DNA of 64,000 nt from Thermodesulfovibrionales bacterium. GTDB taxonomy: Bacteria; Nitrospirota; Thermodesulfovibrionia; Thermodesulfovibrionales; SM23-35. The DNA is taken from positions 32,001-96,000 of the forward strand of contig CAVQRT010000031.1 of NCBI GenBank assembly GCA_963715195.1, in the 5' to 3' direction. Every line of letters begins with the position of its first letter. The first letter of the stretch is position 1. The notes beneath the pieces were generated by a model that had not been told where the DNA came from, did no database searches, and worked only from the letters and a program-made list of their open reading frames with translations. This document shows, in pieces, positions 1 to 11,213 of the stretch. The position numbers and the translations under genes are program-made.

Positions 1-2
1 TC

Positions 3-617
3 ATCCCGGTCTCTCCTGCTGCCCATTACAGTATGGGAGGTGTTAAAACGGATACAGATGGTGCAACAAATATCGTGGGATTATATGCAGCCGGGGAGGT
101 TGCATGCACGGGAGTTCATGGTGCGAACCGGCTCGCGTCGAACAGCCTCCTCGAAGGCCTGGTTTTTGGCGCCAGGGCAGGGAGGTCGGCCGCTGTCTAT
201 GGGATCACAAAGAAGGGGGAAAGAACGTGCAAGGTGATCCTTCCCCCGCAGGGAGCGGAGCAAGAGGGTATCCCTCACCGATCACGCCCTTCACGGTTTG
301 ATATTGAAGAGGTCAGGCATTTATTGAGAAAAACGATGTGGGAAAAGGTTGGCATTATCCGCTGTGCTGAATCCTTGGGCGAAGCAAAGGCGAAACTGAG
401 TGAATGGTCATTCATCCTGGAAGTATCATTTTCGACAAGGCGCGAACTTGAGCTGCAGAATATGATCGAAGTTTCACGATTGATTACAGAGTCGGCCATT
501 TTGAGGAAGAATAGTGTTGGCGCGCATTACCGCTCTGATTATCCGGATAAAAGGGAAGGATGGGATAAACACATTATATTCAGAAAGAGAGAAGGACTAC
601 CGCATGAGTTCGTTTGA
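3..617 (+). CDS. nadB: L-aspartate oxidase, C-terminal part (runs off the left edge)
   Basis: IPVSPAAHYSMGG, GLYAAGEVACTGVHGANRLASNSLLEGLVFG and S-x-GAHYRSDYP motifs of the NadB/flavoprotein family. Confidence 0.85.
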   Translation: MPVSPAAHYSMGGVKTDTDGATNIVGLYAAGEVACTGVHGANRLASNSLLEGLVFGARAGRSAAVYGITKKGERTCKVILPPQGAEQEGIPHRSRPSRFDIEEVRHLLRKTMWEKVGIIRCAESLGEAKAKLSEWSFILEVSFSTRRELELQNMIEVSRLITESAILRKNSVGAHYRSDYPDKREGWDKHIIFRKREGLPHEFV

Positions 618-2028
618 CAGTAAACAACGGAAAGCGAAGATAGTCTGCACTATCGGGCCTTCTTCAGCGAACGAAGAAACAATAACTGCATTAATCAGGA
701 ACGGGATGAATGTGGCGCGGCTGAATTTTTCCCATGGCGACCATCAAACTCATAAAACCGCCCTGCAGCTTGTACGGCAAGTATCAAAAAAATTAAAAAA
801 GCCTGTGGCCATTCTTCAGGACCTTCAGGGGGTGAAGATCAGGGTCGGGCGCATTCAGGGCGGAGAGGTTCAACTAAAAAAAGGGGGGATACTCTCCCTG
901 ATGCCCGGAGAGGGGATCGGCAATCAAGAGCGCATATTTATTTCATATGCAGGACTGTTGAAGGATGCGAAAAAGGGGGACAGGATTCTCCTTGACGACG
1001 GTATGATACAGCTATCTGTTGTTGCGAGGGAGAAAAATGCACTCAAGACAAAAGTTATTGAAGGCGGGATATTACGGGACAGGAAAGGGGTGAACCTTCC
1101 CGGTATGAAGCTTTCAATCAAATCTTTTACCGAAAAGGATAAGAGGGACCTGTTGTTCGGTGTTCAAATAGGAGTTGATTACATTGCAATTTCCTTTGTC
1201 CGTGAGGCCGGAGACATCAGGGTAGTCAGGGGATGGCTCAGAAGAAGAAAAAAGGATATCCCCGTCGTCGCGAAGATAGAAAAGCCTGAGGCATTATGCA
1301 ATATCGACGAAATTCTATCGGAAGTGGACGGGATTATGATAGCACGGGGCGATCTCGGTGTTGAAATACCTCCTGAGGAAGTGCCGTTGATTCAGAAGGG
1401 ACTCATCGAAAAGGCGAATAAAAAGGGAAAGATTGTGATTACCGCGACACAGATGCTCGAATCCATGACCGAACACCTGAGGCCAACGAGGGCTGAAGCA
1501 AGCGATGTTGCCAACGCAGTTCTTGACGGCACCGATGCACTCATGCTCTCGGCTGAGACGGCAATCGGCAAATATCCGGCTGAGGCCCTCAGAATGATGG
1601 ACAGGATTATCAGGCATACGGAATCCATGCGGATACACGAGTCGCCTTACATCGGCGGCCACACCTTTGCTGAGGCTGCAGTGGATGCAGCATGCAGGGC
1701 TGCGGAAGACATGAACGCCAGAGTGATCGCGGCCTTCACCCAGTCCGGTTTCACAGCACGGCTTCTGTCAAAGACCAGGCCGAATGTTCCTTCCATCGCT
1801 TTTACTCCCGATGAGGCAATAAAAAACAGGGTATGCCTTTACTGGGGCGTCACTCCCAAGATCATGAAACTGCCGGCCACAACTGACGAAATGATTGTTG
1901 AAGTTGAGAGACTGCTCGTTCAGGAGGGTATTGTCAAGAAAGGTGACAGCATTGTTATAACCGCAAGCTCACCCCTTTCAACACTGGGTAAAACGAACTT
2001 CATGAAACTGCACAGGGTAGGGGAGTAA
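604..2028 (+). CDS. pyk: Pyruvate kinase
   Basis: KIVCTIGP, ARLNFSHG, DLQGxKIR, IMIARGDLGVE, TQMLESM, PTRAEASDVANA. ATG at 604 overlaps the nadB end. Confidence 0.95.
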   Translation: MSSFDSKQRKAKIVCTIGPSSANEETITALIRNGMNVARLNFSHGDHQTHKTALQLVRQVSKKLKKPVAILQDLQGVKIRVGRIQGGEVQLKKGGILSLMPGEGIGNQERIFISYAGLLKDAKKGDRILLDDGMIQLSVVAREKNALKTKVIEGGILRDRKGVNLPGMKLSIKSFTEKDKRDLLFGVQIGVDYIAISFVREAGDIRVVRGWLRRRKKDIPVVAKIEKPEALCNIDEILSEVDGIMIARGDLGVEIPPEEVPLIQKGLIEKANKKGKIVITATQMLESMTEHLRPTRAEASDVANAVLDGTDALMLSAETAIGKYPAEALRMMDRIIRHTESMRIHESPYIGGHTFAEAAVDAACRAAEDMNARVIAAFTQSGFTARLLSKTRPNVPSIAFTPDEAIKNRVCLYWGVTPKIMKLPATTDEMIVEVERLLVQEGIVKKGDSIVITASSPLSTLGKTNFMKLHRVGE

Positions 2029-2447
2029 GATGATCGATCCCATGCCTTCTATTTAACTCCCGAAAGGATTCTTCATCGAAAAGGCATTACCGAAATATGG
2101 TGAAAATAATTTTCCTTATAGTCTTTATTAATATTTTCTTCTCTGCACGTCATGCGCATCATAGTCGGCAGTAACCAGCAAATAGTCGATGATGTATTTC
2201 TCACAGAACAAACGTTATTACTGCATCGAATTACCATGGCTATTTCTTCGCACAACAGATACTGTCAGGAATCAATCTGTCTGTGATGTTCACATAGTAC
2301 TAAAGTGCGACCGTTTTCAAAAGTTTCCTTTCCTGTTGAATACCTCGTTAAAATCGACATTTAAAAATCAAATCTATCGTTATCTCTCAATACTCTCTAA
2401 GTTAGCTGTCTATACTAATCGTGCCTTTATTCTTAATAAGCTTTATA

Positions 2448-5125
2448 TTACTTTGCGATCCTTTTCAAAAGTTGCTCGAGTTTCTTAATTTCCTCACCAT
2501 AGCCTGCCCAGTTCCCCTGCCTCTGTAGTTCAATTGCCCTTTCAAATACCCCCATAGCCTCCTTCGCAAGGTCTGTGGTTGTTGACTTTATATCTTCAGT
2601 CCTATCAGCTTTTCCGACCATTGCTTTTGCGCCGAACAGCCTCTGGAGTGCAAGCTCAAGGTTTTCCTCCATGACCACATCGTTTTCATAGGCAACAATG
2701 ACCCTCCTTAGTTCAGGCAGTCCCACCTTGTCGGATGCTGCCAGGTAAAGGGGCTGAACATATAAAAGAGACCGCTCTATGGGTATTACAAGGAGGCTCC
2801 CCCTTATGACCTCTGATCCATATTGACCCCAGAGGGTAAGCTGCTGGGATATATAGGAGTCCTGGTTTATCCTTGCATCTACCTGTTTTGGTCCGAAGAT
2901 GAGCCTGTCACGTGGAAAGGTATAGATAATTAGCTTTCCGTAATCCGGCTCGTCACACCGCGCGGCAAGCCATGCAGCAAGGTTGTCTCTCTTCGCCGGG
3001 GTATAGGGCAGGAGCAGGATATATTCCTCTTTCTTTTCCCCTGGGAGTTTCATTATGGTGTAATACGGCTCCATCAGCATTTCTCCGAAGGCAGGCACCT
3101 CCCACAGGTTTTCCTTATTGTAAAAAACCTGAGGATCCGTCATGTGATATGCAGCGAACATGGATGCCTGTATTTGAAGAAGCCTGTGCGGATACCGTAT
3201 ATGCTGTCTCAATTCTTCAGGCATCTCTTGAGGAGACTTGAATACATTAGGGAATATTTTCGAATAAACCTTTATAAGAATATCAGAGGAGTCGCTCACA
3301 TAAAAACCCATCGAGCCGTTATAGGCGTCAATAATCACCTTTACTGAGTTCCTTATGTAATTTATACGTTTTTCTATGGGCTTGGAATAAGGCATTCTGT
3401 TTGAAACAGTATAGGCATCTGCAATCCAGAGAAGTCTGCCTTCCTTTGTCACAATCATATAGGGGTCCTCGTCAAAAAGGAGAAAGGGCACCACTGCCCT
3501 GACCCGGTCCAGTATATTTCTGTAATACAGGATTTTGCTCTCTCCGGAGATATCAGAGGAAAGCAGAATCTTTTCTGTCTTATACTTCACCGAAAATAAC
3601 GCCCTTTTAAACAGAGAGTCCAGCCTGACTCCACCGCTGCCCTCATATGTTGTATACACATTGCCTTCAGATGTCGGATAACTGAATTCAGGAACCTTTG
3701 TTTTCACTATTACATAATTATTGGAAAGCTCACCGTAGTAAATCTCCGGCCTTGCAACCTTAAGGTCAGCCTGGCTTACCGGTGGAATATCTTTTATCAA
3801 GAACTCAGGCAGTCCTTCCCTGCTTATCCTGCTGACAGGCCCTAAGGTAATGCCGTTTCCATGGGTGAATATCAGTCTTTCGTTTATCCAGTTTTTGCTT
3901 GGAAGGTCATTATAGGAGAGCTCACGCGGAGCAAGCATCACCTGCATATACTCGCCGTTTATGGTATACCTGTCATTATCAACATCCGCAAATTTATAGT
4001 ATGTTCTGATCTGCTGCAGCTGGCTGTATGTCCTGAGAAGCGGGCTGTGGTCCCATAATCGTATATTCTTAATGGTGGCATCATTTTTTTCTATGTCCTT
4101 ACCCGAAAGATTATAGTCGACATCAAATGGCCTTACCTCGATCTTGTCAAGGTTATAGCCAAGCCTTGTAAATTTTATGTTTTGCTCTATGTAGGGGGTC
4201 TCGAGAGCAAGCTCATTCGGCGCAACCTTGAATTTATGAAGAACGTACGGATATGCCACGATTCCGATAATATATACTGCTAAAACTAGGACAGGGGGAA
4301 AAATGTCAGTTTCCGTGAACCCCTGACTATCCCTGCAATAAAAGCAAAGCCTGCTAACGGGGTTATAACCATAAGTATCCTGTAGAAAAAGAGTTTTGCG
4401 TGGACATCCATGTACCCTGCACCGTAGACAGCGCCGTGTTCCGAGAAGAGCAGCCTGAAGGTATCGAGGTAAAAGCCAAATCCGATATTAAGGATAACCA
4501 GGCCTGCAAGGATGCTGAGATGTTTTTTTACTTTACCGTCGACAGAAATTATCCTCTCCAGGATAAAGATGCCACCTCTTAAAAAGTAATTTGCAGCCAC
4601 TACAATAATTGTTAATGCCAGTGTAAACCCTGCAAAACCATTAAGAGATTCTATCAAGGGAAGCTTGAACAGATAAAAACCGATATCTTTACCCAAGAGG
4701 GGATCATTGGTTCCCATATCCAGACTGTTTCTAAAGAGCAGGAAGTCTTCCCATCTCAATGCGCCCCACTGCACTGCAAAGATGGCCATAATAACTCCTG
4801 CAATTATAGTGAGGGGCTTGACGACCTTTTCGATACCGCCCGCTCTAAATGGATTGATAACGCCTTCGATCGCAGATATCTCTCTTTGAGGGAAATTAGT
4901 CCTGTTTGCGATGATGATATTCGCTAAAACAAAGGCAAAAAAGGCTATGCCGAAAAATATGCCTGTGCTGATTTTAGTGGAGAGTGTTTTAAGAAAGACA
5001 GAAGTGTATCCTGTTTCCGTGAAAAAGAGCCAGTCGGTGTATAGATTCAAAACAGAAAATAAAAGCGGCAGCAGTAAAAAAATAAACCCGAACAGAATTA
5101 TATTCCTTGCTTTGTTTTTAGTCAT
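2448..5125 (-). CDS. UPF0182 family membrane protein, split by a 1-nt frameshift at the G5A5 run (4294-4303)
   Basis: ORF 4286-5125 (YTDWLFF...DPLLGKDIGFYLF) and ORF 2448-4259 (NIRLWD, NYIRNSVK, LLYVQPLYL) join into one UPF0182 protein if one base is restored. Confidence 0.85.
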
Positions 5126-5463
5126 AGCAGCCTCCGTGTCCTTTAATTTATTGCATGTTTATTTTATGATTCTATCTTAAAATAGTCCAACCATTTAAAA
5201 AATATGGTCAACATTGGTTTGTTCGAGATCTTATCCATATTATTTTCTATGCCATAAATTGGTATCGGATCTATTGATATAAATCTTCCGAAATTTGCTG
5301 GAAAAGCACTCCATCTTTCCGATCTCGCCAATGACAATGATGGACGTAGTCGGATCAAGGAGTCTAAAGCCATAAGTCAGTTGAACGTTTTTGTTGTAAA
5401 AGAAGCCTGAAAGTAAAGTATTAGCCGCCCGTTACAAGCATTCATAAATTGACATCTTTTAAT

Positions 5464-6924
5464 TTAATATACTCTTTCTATAACTCTAAAATACATATCG
5501 CCTTCTCTTGCATAATATCCAACTTTCCGACAATCAGGACTGAACTGCGGAGCGTCAATAATTGCATCATATTTCTTCTTTTCCTCATCATTAACAACAA
5601 CAAACATTTTCCCGTCTTTTTTTGCAGTAAATAAGATTTTTTTGCTATTGGAACAAAATCTCGGAGAGGAAGTAATTTCATCATATTTTTTGCTTTCCTG
5701 GCTGTTTGTAACGACAAAAGAGTTTCCATCTTCATGAGCAACATAGGACAGCTTGTTGTTGTCCTGGCTGAAGATCAGATGAGAAGTAATGTCAGCATAA
5801 CGTTTACCTTCCCTGCCATTTACAACAACATAGAAATTATTACCTTCTTTAGCAACGTATGCTAATCTGCTGTTATCAGGACTGAATGAAAAATCATATG
5901 CATTGCGATGTCTCACTGATCTCTTATCGCTTATAACAAACAGATGCCCTTCCTGTTTGAGTCCATAGTATTCCGCTCTGTAGGCTAATTCATTACTATC
6001 AGGACTAAATGACAGGCTATTAGAGAATAGTATCAGCTTCGAACCGGGAGTTCCTTTATCTACTAGGAATTCTTTGTTATTTACTACTACAAAAATGTTC
6101 TTATTGTTAACTGCGAAAAATGCTAATTTCCTATTATCAGGACTAAATACCGGAAGGGCTACAATTTTGTCATATCTATTCCCCTCCTCACCATTGACAA
6201 CAACAAAAGATTGCCCCCCCTCTTGAGCAATATAAGCTAACTTACTACCATCGGGGCTAAATGCCGGTGGGGAAATATTGTCATATCTTTTCCCTTCTGT
6301 ATTATCTAAACAGACAACCCACTTTCCTTCCTCCTTGGCAGCATAAGCTAATTTTTTACTGTCAGGGCTGAAAACATGCGATAATATTGCGTCGTATTTT
6401 TTATTCTCTTTATTGTTCAAAACAATAAAGCTCTTTCCCCGATCTGATACTACATAAGCTAATTTTTTACTGTCAGGGCTAAACAGTAACGAAGAAATGG
6501 CGGTAAATCGACCTCTACCGAATAATGGCGGGGGTATGAGAGCATCATACCGTTTAATTTCTTTGCCATTTACAAAAATAGACCATTTTCCCTCTGCCCC
6601 AGCAATATAAGCTATCTTCTTACTATTGGGACTGAAACCTGTCAAAATAATGTGGTCAAAAAGGTTGCTTTCTAATCCATTATGAACAACATATTCCTTG
6701 TCCTCAAGAATATAACCTTCACCCTCTGTATGACGCTTGAGTGTCCTTGCGGAATGAATTACCCAATTATTCAAATCTCTGGATACTTTAATTTCCTTTA
6801 TTCTTTCAGTGCTTTTACGCTCAAAAATCTTCTTTTCACCAACTATCCTAAAGGGGTCTTTTGTGGTACAACTGATGAAGACTGATAGACCTATTAATAT
6901 ATATAAAATTCTTTTTACCATCAT
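5464..6924 (-). CDS. Lipoprotein with about 10 PD40/WD40-like repeats (TolB-like beta-propeller)
   Basis: Lipobox-like VFISC; recurring ~37-38 aa unit FSPDxxKLAYxAxxxxKxFVVxNxxExKxYDxI. Confidence 0.75.
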   Translation of the reverse strand: MMVKRILYILIGLSVFISCTTKDPFRIVGEKKIFERKSTERIKEIKVSRDLNNWVIHSARTLKRHTEGEGYILEDKEYVVHNGLESNLFDHIILTGFSPNSKKIAYIAGAEGKWSIFVNGKEIKRYDALIPPPLFGRGRFTAISSLLFSPDSKKLAYVVSDRGKSFIVLNNKENKKYDAILSHVFSPDSKKLAYAAKEEGKWVVCLDNTEGKRYDNISPPAFSPDGSKLAYIAQEGGQSFVVVNGEEGNRYDKIVALPVFSPDNRKLAFFAVNNKNIFVVVNNKEFLVDKGTPGSKLILFSNSLSFSPDSNELAYRAEYYGLKQEGHLFVISDKRSVRHRNAYDFSFSPDNSRLAYVAKEGNNFYVVVNGREGKRYADITSHLIFSQDNNKLSYVAHEDGNSFVVTNSQESKKYDEITSSPRFCSNSKKILFTAKKDGKMFVVVNDEEKKKYDAIIDAPQFSPDCRKVGYYAREGDMYFRVIERVY

Positions 6925-7409
6925 ATCTTCCTATGCTTGCAAAGTGTGGCTAACTTACTCACAAATGTACCTCTATTTTTACTTTTTGTTCCAATTTAAT
7001 ATGATCCATACCTTTTCCGGATGACGTTTACAAATAACTTTGACTTGGTTATCGAATTTCAGAAATATTATTTTGACAGTATCCATGAAAGTTCCCCTGT
7101 GAATAATTTCCCTGAGGAAGAATTGTACTGGGTTAAATGGATTGTAAATCTACTTTAGCCGGTTCTTGTAACCCGAGAGGGAACAAAAGTGTAAGCTACA
7201 AACTTGAGACGGGCAAATATCAGCTGCCTATTGTTCCTCAGGACAATCCAATATTTTGCATTTCGAACAATCCTTTTCGTTCTTTGGACATTTATCATGT
7301 CCATAATTTTTATTTTTTGTACTCAGAGATTTACTCTCTTTGATTATTTTCTTTTTCTGTGCAATCATTGTTTTCCCCTACCTTTCTTTTCTAAGGGATT
7401 GTCATCTAA

Positions 7410-7826
7410 TCACACAATACCTACGAGTTTTATCGCAAAAATCAAATTTCTGTCAGAAAGAGGATGATGTAAATCAACTCTTACCCTTGAGTCCGAGAAA
7501 CCTACAACCTTTACCGAGAAACGTTGACCGGGAATTCTTATCCGTTTGCCGATTTCTAATTTGAAGTTATCTACGTTTTGCCGATCTATTTCGATTATTT
7601 TCTCTTTTCGGTGGTGTCCGAATAGCTTCTCTCCTTGAACTGTGGTAATTTTAGATTCACCCGGATTCATTCCAACCACCGTCTTTTCAAAGTCCTCGAT
7701 TACATGACCAGCACCCAAAGTAAATTTTAAAGGTTGGTCATTTGCGGTAGCAGTCAGAACAGTACCATTACCTAATTTCGCTGTGTAATGAACTTCTACC
7801 GTATCACCATATTTTGCGTTTGACAT
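7410..7826 (-). CDS. FKBP-type peptidyl-prolyl isomerase (SlyD/SlpA-like, no His-rich tail)
   Basis: AKYGDTVEVHYT, PLKFTLGAGHVI, VDLHHPLS; SD AAGGAGG before ATG 7826. Confidence 0.8.
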   Translation of the reverse strand: MSNAKYGDTVEVHYTAKLGNGTVLTATANDQPLKFTLGAGHVIEDFEKTVVGMNPGESKITTVQGEKLFGHHRKEKIIEIDRQNVDNFKLEIGKRIRIPGQRFSVKVVGFSDSRVRVDLHHPLSDRNLIFAIKLVGIV

Positions 7827-8581
7827 AATATCCTCCTTTCTCTTTTTACCATTAGGTATAACTTTATTATCCATCTATACTATTTTTAAAAACAAAAAGT
7901 CGAACTCCTAAGAAAATATTATTCTTTTCAGTCCGACTCGATCTTAAAAACCAGCCAGCTATTTATTAAAACTGGCTGCAAGTATGACAGCTACATGATG
8001 TTAACATACCAAAATAAATTTATGGCGTCAATGACAAGAAATGGTAAGAAAACAGAATATTTCTTAAAGGATGTAAGAAAATGGACGGTATTAAAACATA
8101 ATTGTTAATAATCACATCTCATTGTGACTATGGTTTAGTGTTGCATTATTACATTACAATTCCGAACAATTCCGATAGAACTCGCAAAACGGTTGTGACG
8201 ATCACAAGTGATAGCGTTGTTAGGGGAATCTCAAATGGAGGAAGTCTGAATCATATTTCTAGGTTACAAGCACTGTCGTATGTTTTGTACCATATCTGGG
8301 CAGTCAGTATCCAATTATTTTCGATGATTAATGAATAATTGAACTAAATAGGTTTTGCTATTCTCTAAAAACGTGAGGGGTTCATATAGAAAAGAGCAGC
8401 AACTTCATTAAGTACTGAAACTCTAAAATCCCTTTTCTATTGATACTCGGAATATCCTGTAAGGATTAATTTATATTTGAAGCAAAATTTCAATTATTTT
8501 CTATTTATTCCTCTGTGTAAATTTTATCAGAAGTTAAGATATGGTATATTTGAATCAATTGATGTCCATCATCAGCAATAA

Positions 8582-9775
8582 ATGGAAATGTCAGTGAAAG
8601 ATAGAATGAAAAAACAAAGGATTGTCAAACGCAAGGTCAAACAAAGGGATGAGCTATTAAAGGAAATCGAATTAAGATATAAGGCTCTCTACAACAGTCC
8701 TCTTTTTAGTGTCTTTGTTGTTGATTTTGAGGGCAGATTACTCGATGTTAATAATACTGCTGCAAGATTATTAGGCTATCCCAAAAAAGAACTCACGGCC
8801 CTTAAAATCTCATCCCTTCTTGATAATGATCAATTGAGGCTTGCTTTTAGAACTATCAAACATGTTAAAAAAACAGGATTTTTGAAAGACCCCATCCTGT
8901 TACAAGTGAGAAAAAAGAAGAGTGGATATGTGTTGATGGAGATTGTAGGCACTCTTATATATACAAAAGGAAAACCTTACGCAATTCAGGGTATAGCACG
9001 CGACATTACTGAGCGTAAGCATGCAGAAGAAAGGATACAAAAGCTCAATAAAAAACTAGAACAGCATGTTCTTGAACTCAAAGAAACTAATGAAGACTTG
9101 AGTGCTTTCAATCATTCTATTGCTCATGATCTTCGGACACCACTTGTGATAATTGGTGGATACACAAATAGATTGCTTAAAAAATATGGGGATAACCTTG
9201 ATGCAAATGGAAGAGATATGCTTCAACACATTCAGATTAGTGTTAAAAACATGGAAAGACTTATTAGGGGTCTCCTGGGATTCTCCTATTCTGGTCATAG
9301 AAGAATAGAATCAAAAATCATTAATATGGGAAATCTCGCAAGAATTGTTATAAATGAATTAAAACCTTTGTATGACCAGGGAAAGGTCAAAGTTGATATA
9401 AAAAGACTTCCCAAAGGGTATGGAGATATCGTCTTGATGAAACAAGTGTTTAATAATCTCCTAATTAATGCTTTCAAATTCACGAGACCGATAAGAAAGA
9501 CCCCAGTGATTGAAATAGGAAGTTATCCTAAAAAAGAAGAAAATATCTTCTATGTCAAAGATAATGGTATTGGGTTTAATCCTCGAGATAAAGAGAAATT
9601 ATTTGCTATTTTTCAGAAAGTACATAATAAGGAGGAAATAGAGGGTTCGGGCATAGGGCTTCCAATTGTAGAGCGTATTATTAAAAGGCATAATGGGCGA
9701 GTTTGGGCAGAGGGAAAAATCAATAAAGGAGCAACATTCTATTTCTCACTTCCAAAAGTAGTCGTTAAGAAATAA
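8582..9775 (+). CDS. PAS-domain sensor histidine kinase
   Basis: PAS/PAC (GIARDITERK), H-box SIAHDLRTPL, N-box NLLINAFKF, DNGIGF, GSGIGL. Confidence 0.9.
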   Translation: MEMSVKDRMKKQRIVKRKVKQRDELLKEIELRYKALYNSPLFSVFVVDFEGRLLDVNNTAARLLGYPKKELTALKISSLLDNDQLRLAFRTIKHVKKTGFLKDPILLQVRKKKSGYVLMEIVGTLIYTKGKPYAIQGIARDITERKHAEERIQKLNKKLEQHVLELKETNEDLSAFNHSIAHDLRTPLVIIGGYTNRLLKKYGDNLDANGRDMLQHIQISVKNMERLIRGLLGFSYSGHRRIESKIINMGNLARIVINELKPLYDQGKVKVDIKRLPKGYGDIVLMKQVFNNLLINAFKFTRPIRKTPVIEIGSYPKKEENIFYVKDNGIGFNPRDKEKLFAIFQKVHNKEEIEGSGIGLPIVERIIKRHNGRVWAEGKINKGATFYFSLPKVVVKK

Positions 9776-10357
9776 TTGTGGTGGGAATCATTCTTAATTT
9801 TTATCACATATCTAAACAGTAATATTCAATCTTAATTCATCCTTTCAAGAGAAGAATAGTAGGTAACAGAACCGAAAAGACTATGTTGCCTTCAGGGTAA
9901 AAGATGCACCCCGTCGGATAAATGACTCATTGGCAAGCATGCTTCCTGAATTCCGCATGACCTCTAATCCTGAAATAAGAAGTGCAATTCTCCTGAAATG
10001 AATACATTTTCTTGCATAATTTGACAAATCATCATAGGAAAAATTCCACGGTAGAAAAGCATTGATTCGGTATATGTCAAGAAATGATAGTTGACAGAAG
10101 AGAAAAAATTAATAAAATTAGAAAAAAGGGGTAGTTTTGATGTTTGCGTCAGATCATATTATCGATGCTCACATTTTGGATTTTTTTTGTTGCTCTTCAC
10201 AAATTTTGGGGGTTCGACATTTCACCTCCAGAGTTCCACATAGCCAGCTGTCAGAAACATCGGTAGGTTTTTCGTCAGGGGCACCCGCAGTATAAAAAAA
10301 CAAAAAACATTGGGTTAGGGTGTTCAAGTATACCTTTGTAAAATAAGGGAGGACCCT

Positions 10358-10789
10358 ATGGGATTATTCGATAAGATTTTGGGAGGACAGAAGAAGGAAT
10401 ATCCTCCGCTCGATCTGTCTAGCCCAACCGGGCAAACCGTTCAACAGTTAAAGGGTGCACTTGAAATGATCACGAAACAGATCAACGATCCGATGGAAGT
10501 CGTGCCGGGAAGTGATAAAACATTCGTTTTCGTCGGAAAACCACCGCAACAATTCGGCATGCTCTGGATTCAGGGGGGAGCGGTTCATAACTTTGCGAAA
10601 CTTGCAAAAGAGAAAAATATACCCCAAGTTCAGTTTCAGTTGCTCTCTGAGAAACTCCGTGAAGCCTACAAAAAAAATGCACCCCAAGAGAGATTCTCGA
10701 CGAAGGTTGCAAACAAAACGATTACGATTATGCCATCTGATTCCTTAGGAATGGAAGTAAATCGTATAATAGAGAATCTCAATGGTTGA
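10358..10789 (+). CDS. Hypothetical protein (143 aa)
   Basis: Strong SD GGGAGGA, clean ORF, followed by a terminator. Confidence 0.7.
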   Translation: MGLFDKILGGQKKEYPPLDLSSPTGQTVQQLKGALEMITKQINDPMEVVPGSDKTFVFVGKPPQQFGMLWIQGGAVHNFAKLAKEKNIPQVQFQLLSEKLREAYKKNAPQERFSTKVANKTITIMPSDSLGMEVNRIIENLNG

Positions 10790-10818
10790 TAATGAAGGTT
10801 TGTTAAGCAAGATCAGTG

Positions 10819-10849
10819 AGGGCGAGGTTAAAATCTCGTCCTTTTTTTT
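10819..10849 (+). terminator. Rho-independent terminator
   Basis: AGGGCGAGG-ttaaaa-TCTCGTCCT followed by a T run, just after the 10358 ORF. Confidence 0.7.
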
Positions 10850-10879
10850 GAGTAGTTCTCCTCCTAATAATCTAAGCTT

Positions 10880-11170
10880 TTCGTTGAAAGTGTCATTCAA
10901 TACCCTTACAGCCTTTGCCATGTGAGCCGGTGCAAGATTGGAATGCCGGATGGGTCATACCCCAAAGATTTATGACCTAAGAGCCTCGACACAGTTGTCA
11001 GGTCAACACCTGCCACTACTAAATGAGAAGCAGATGTATGCCTGAGATCATGAAAATGAAAATCCTTTATACCAGCTTTTCTACATACTGAATGAAAGCT
11101 TCTCTTGACGTCATCATATTTCATACCAGTTGAGGGATAATAAAAAACATGAGGAATGTCAAGACTTCTA
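10880..11170 (-). pseudogene. Tyrosine recombinase/phage integrase C-terminal remnant
   Basis: KDFHFHDLRHTSASHLVVAGVDLTTVSRLLGHKS, then a frameshift to RHSNLAPAHMAKAV where the catalytic Tyr position reads His; N-terminus absent. Confidence 0.8.
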
Positions 11171-11213
11171 TCTGTAAAAAGAGCAAAATCGTGCATGAAT
11201 TGGTTTAAGACGC

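Noticed and set aside
2246..2273. CTTCGCACAA-CAGATA half-match to the dif-like site
   Set aside because: There is no XerD-like arm, and it is in direct orientation, so it cannot explain the proposed inversion.
2290..2301. TCACATAGTACT shared with the intron flank near 43278
   Set aside because: A 12-mer match is expected by chance in 64 kb.
5464..6924. Repeats in the propeller gene as a DGR template/variable pair or a CRISPR array
   Set aside because: The repeats are in-frame protein blades; there is no RT or cas gene and no spacer pattern. No CRISPR array was seen anywhere in the window.
10205..10240. GGGGTTCGAC...CTCCA resembling a tRNA/tmRNA 3' end
   Set aside because: No T-arm or acceptor-stem pairing; too degenerate to call an att site.
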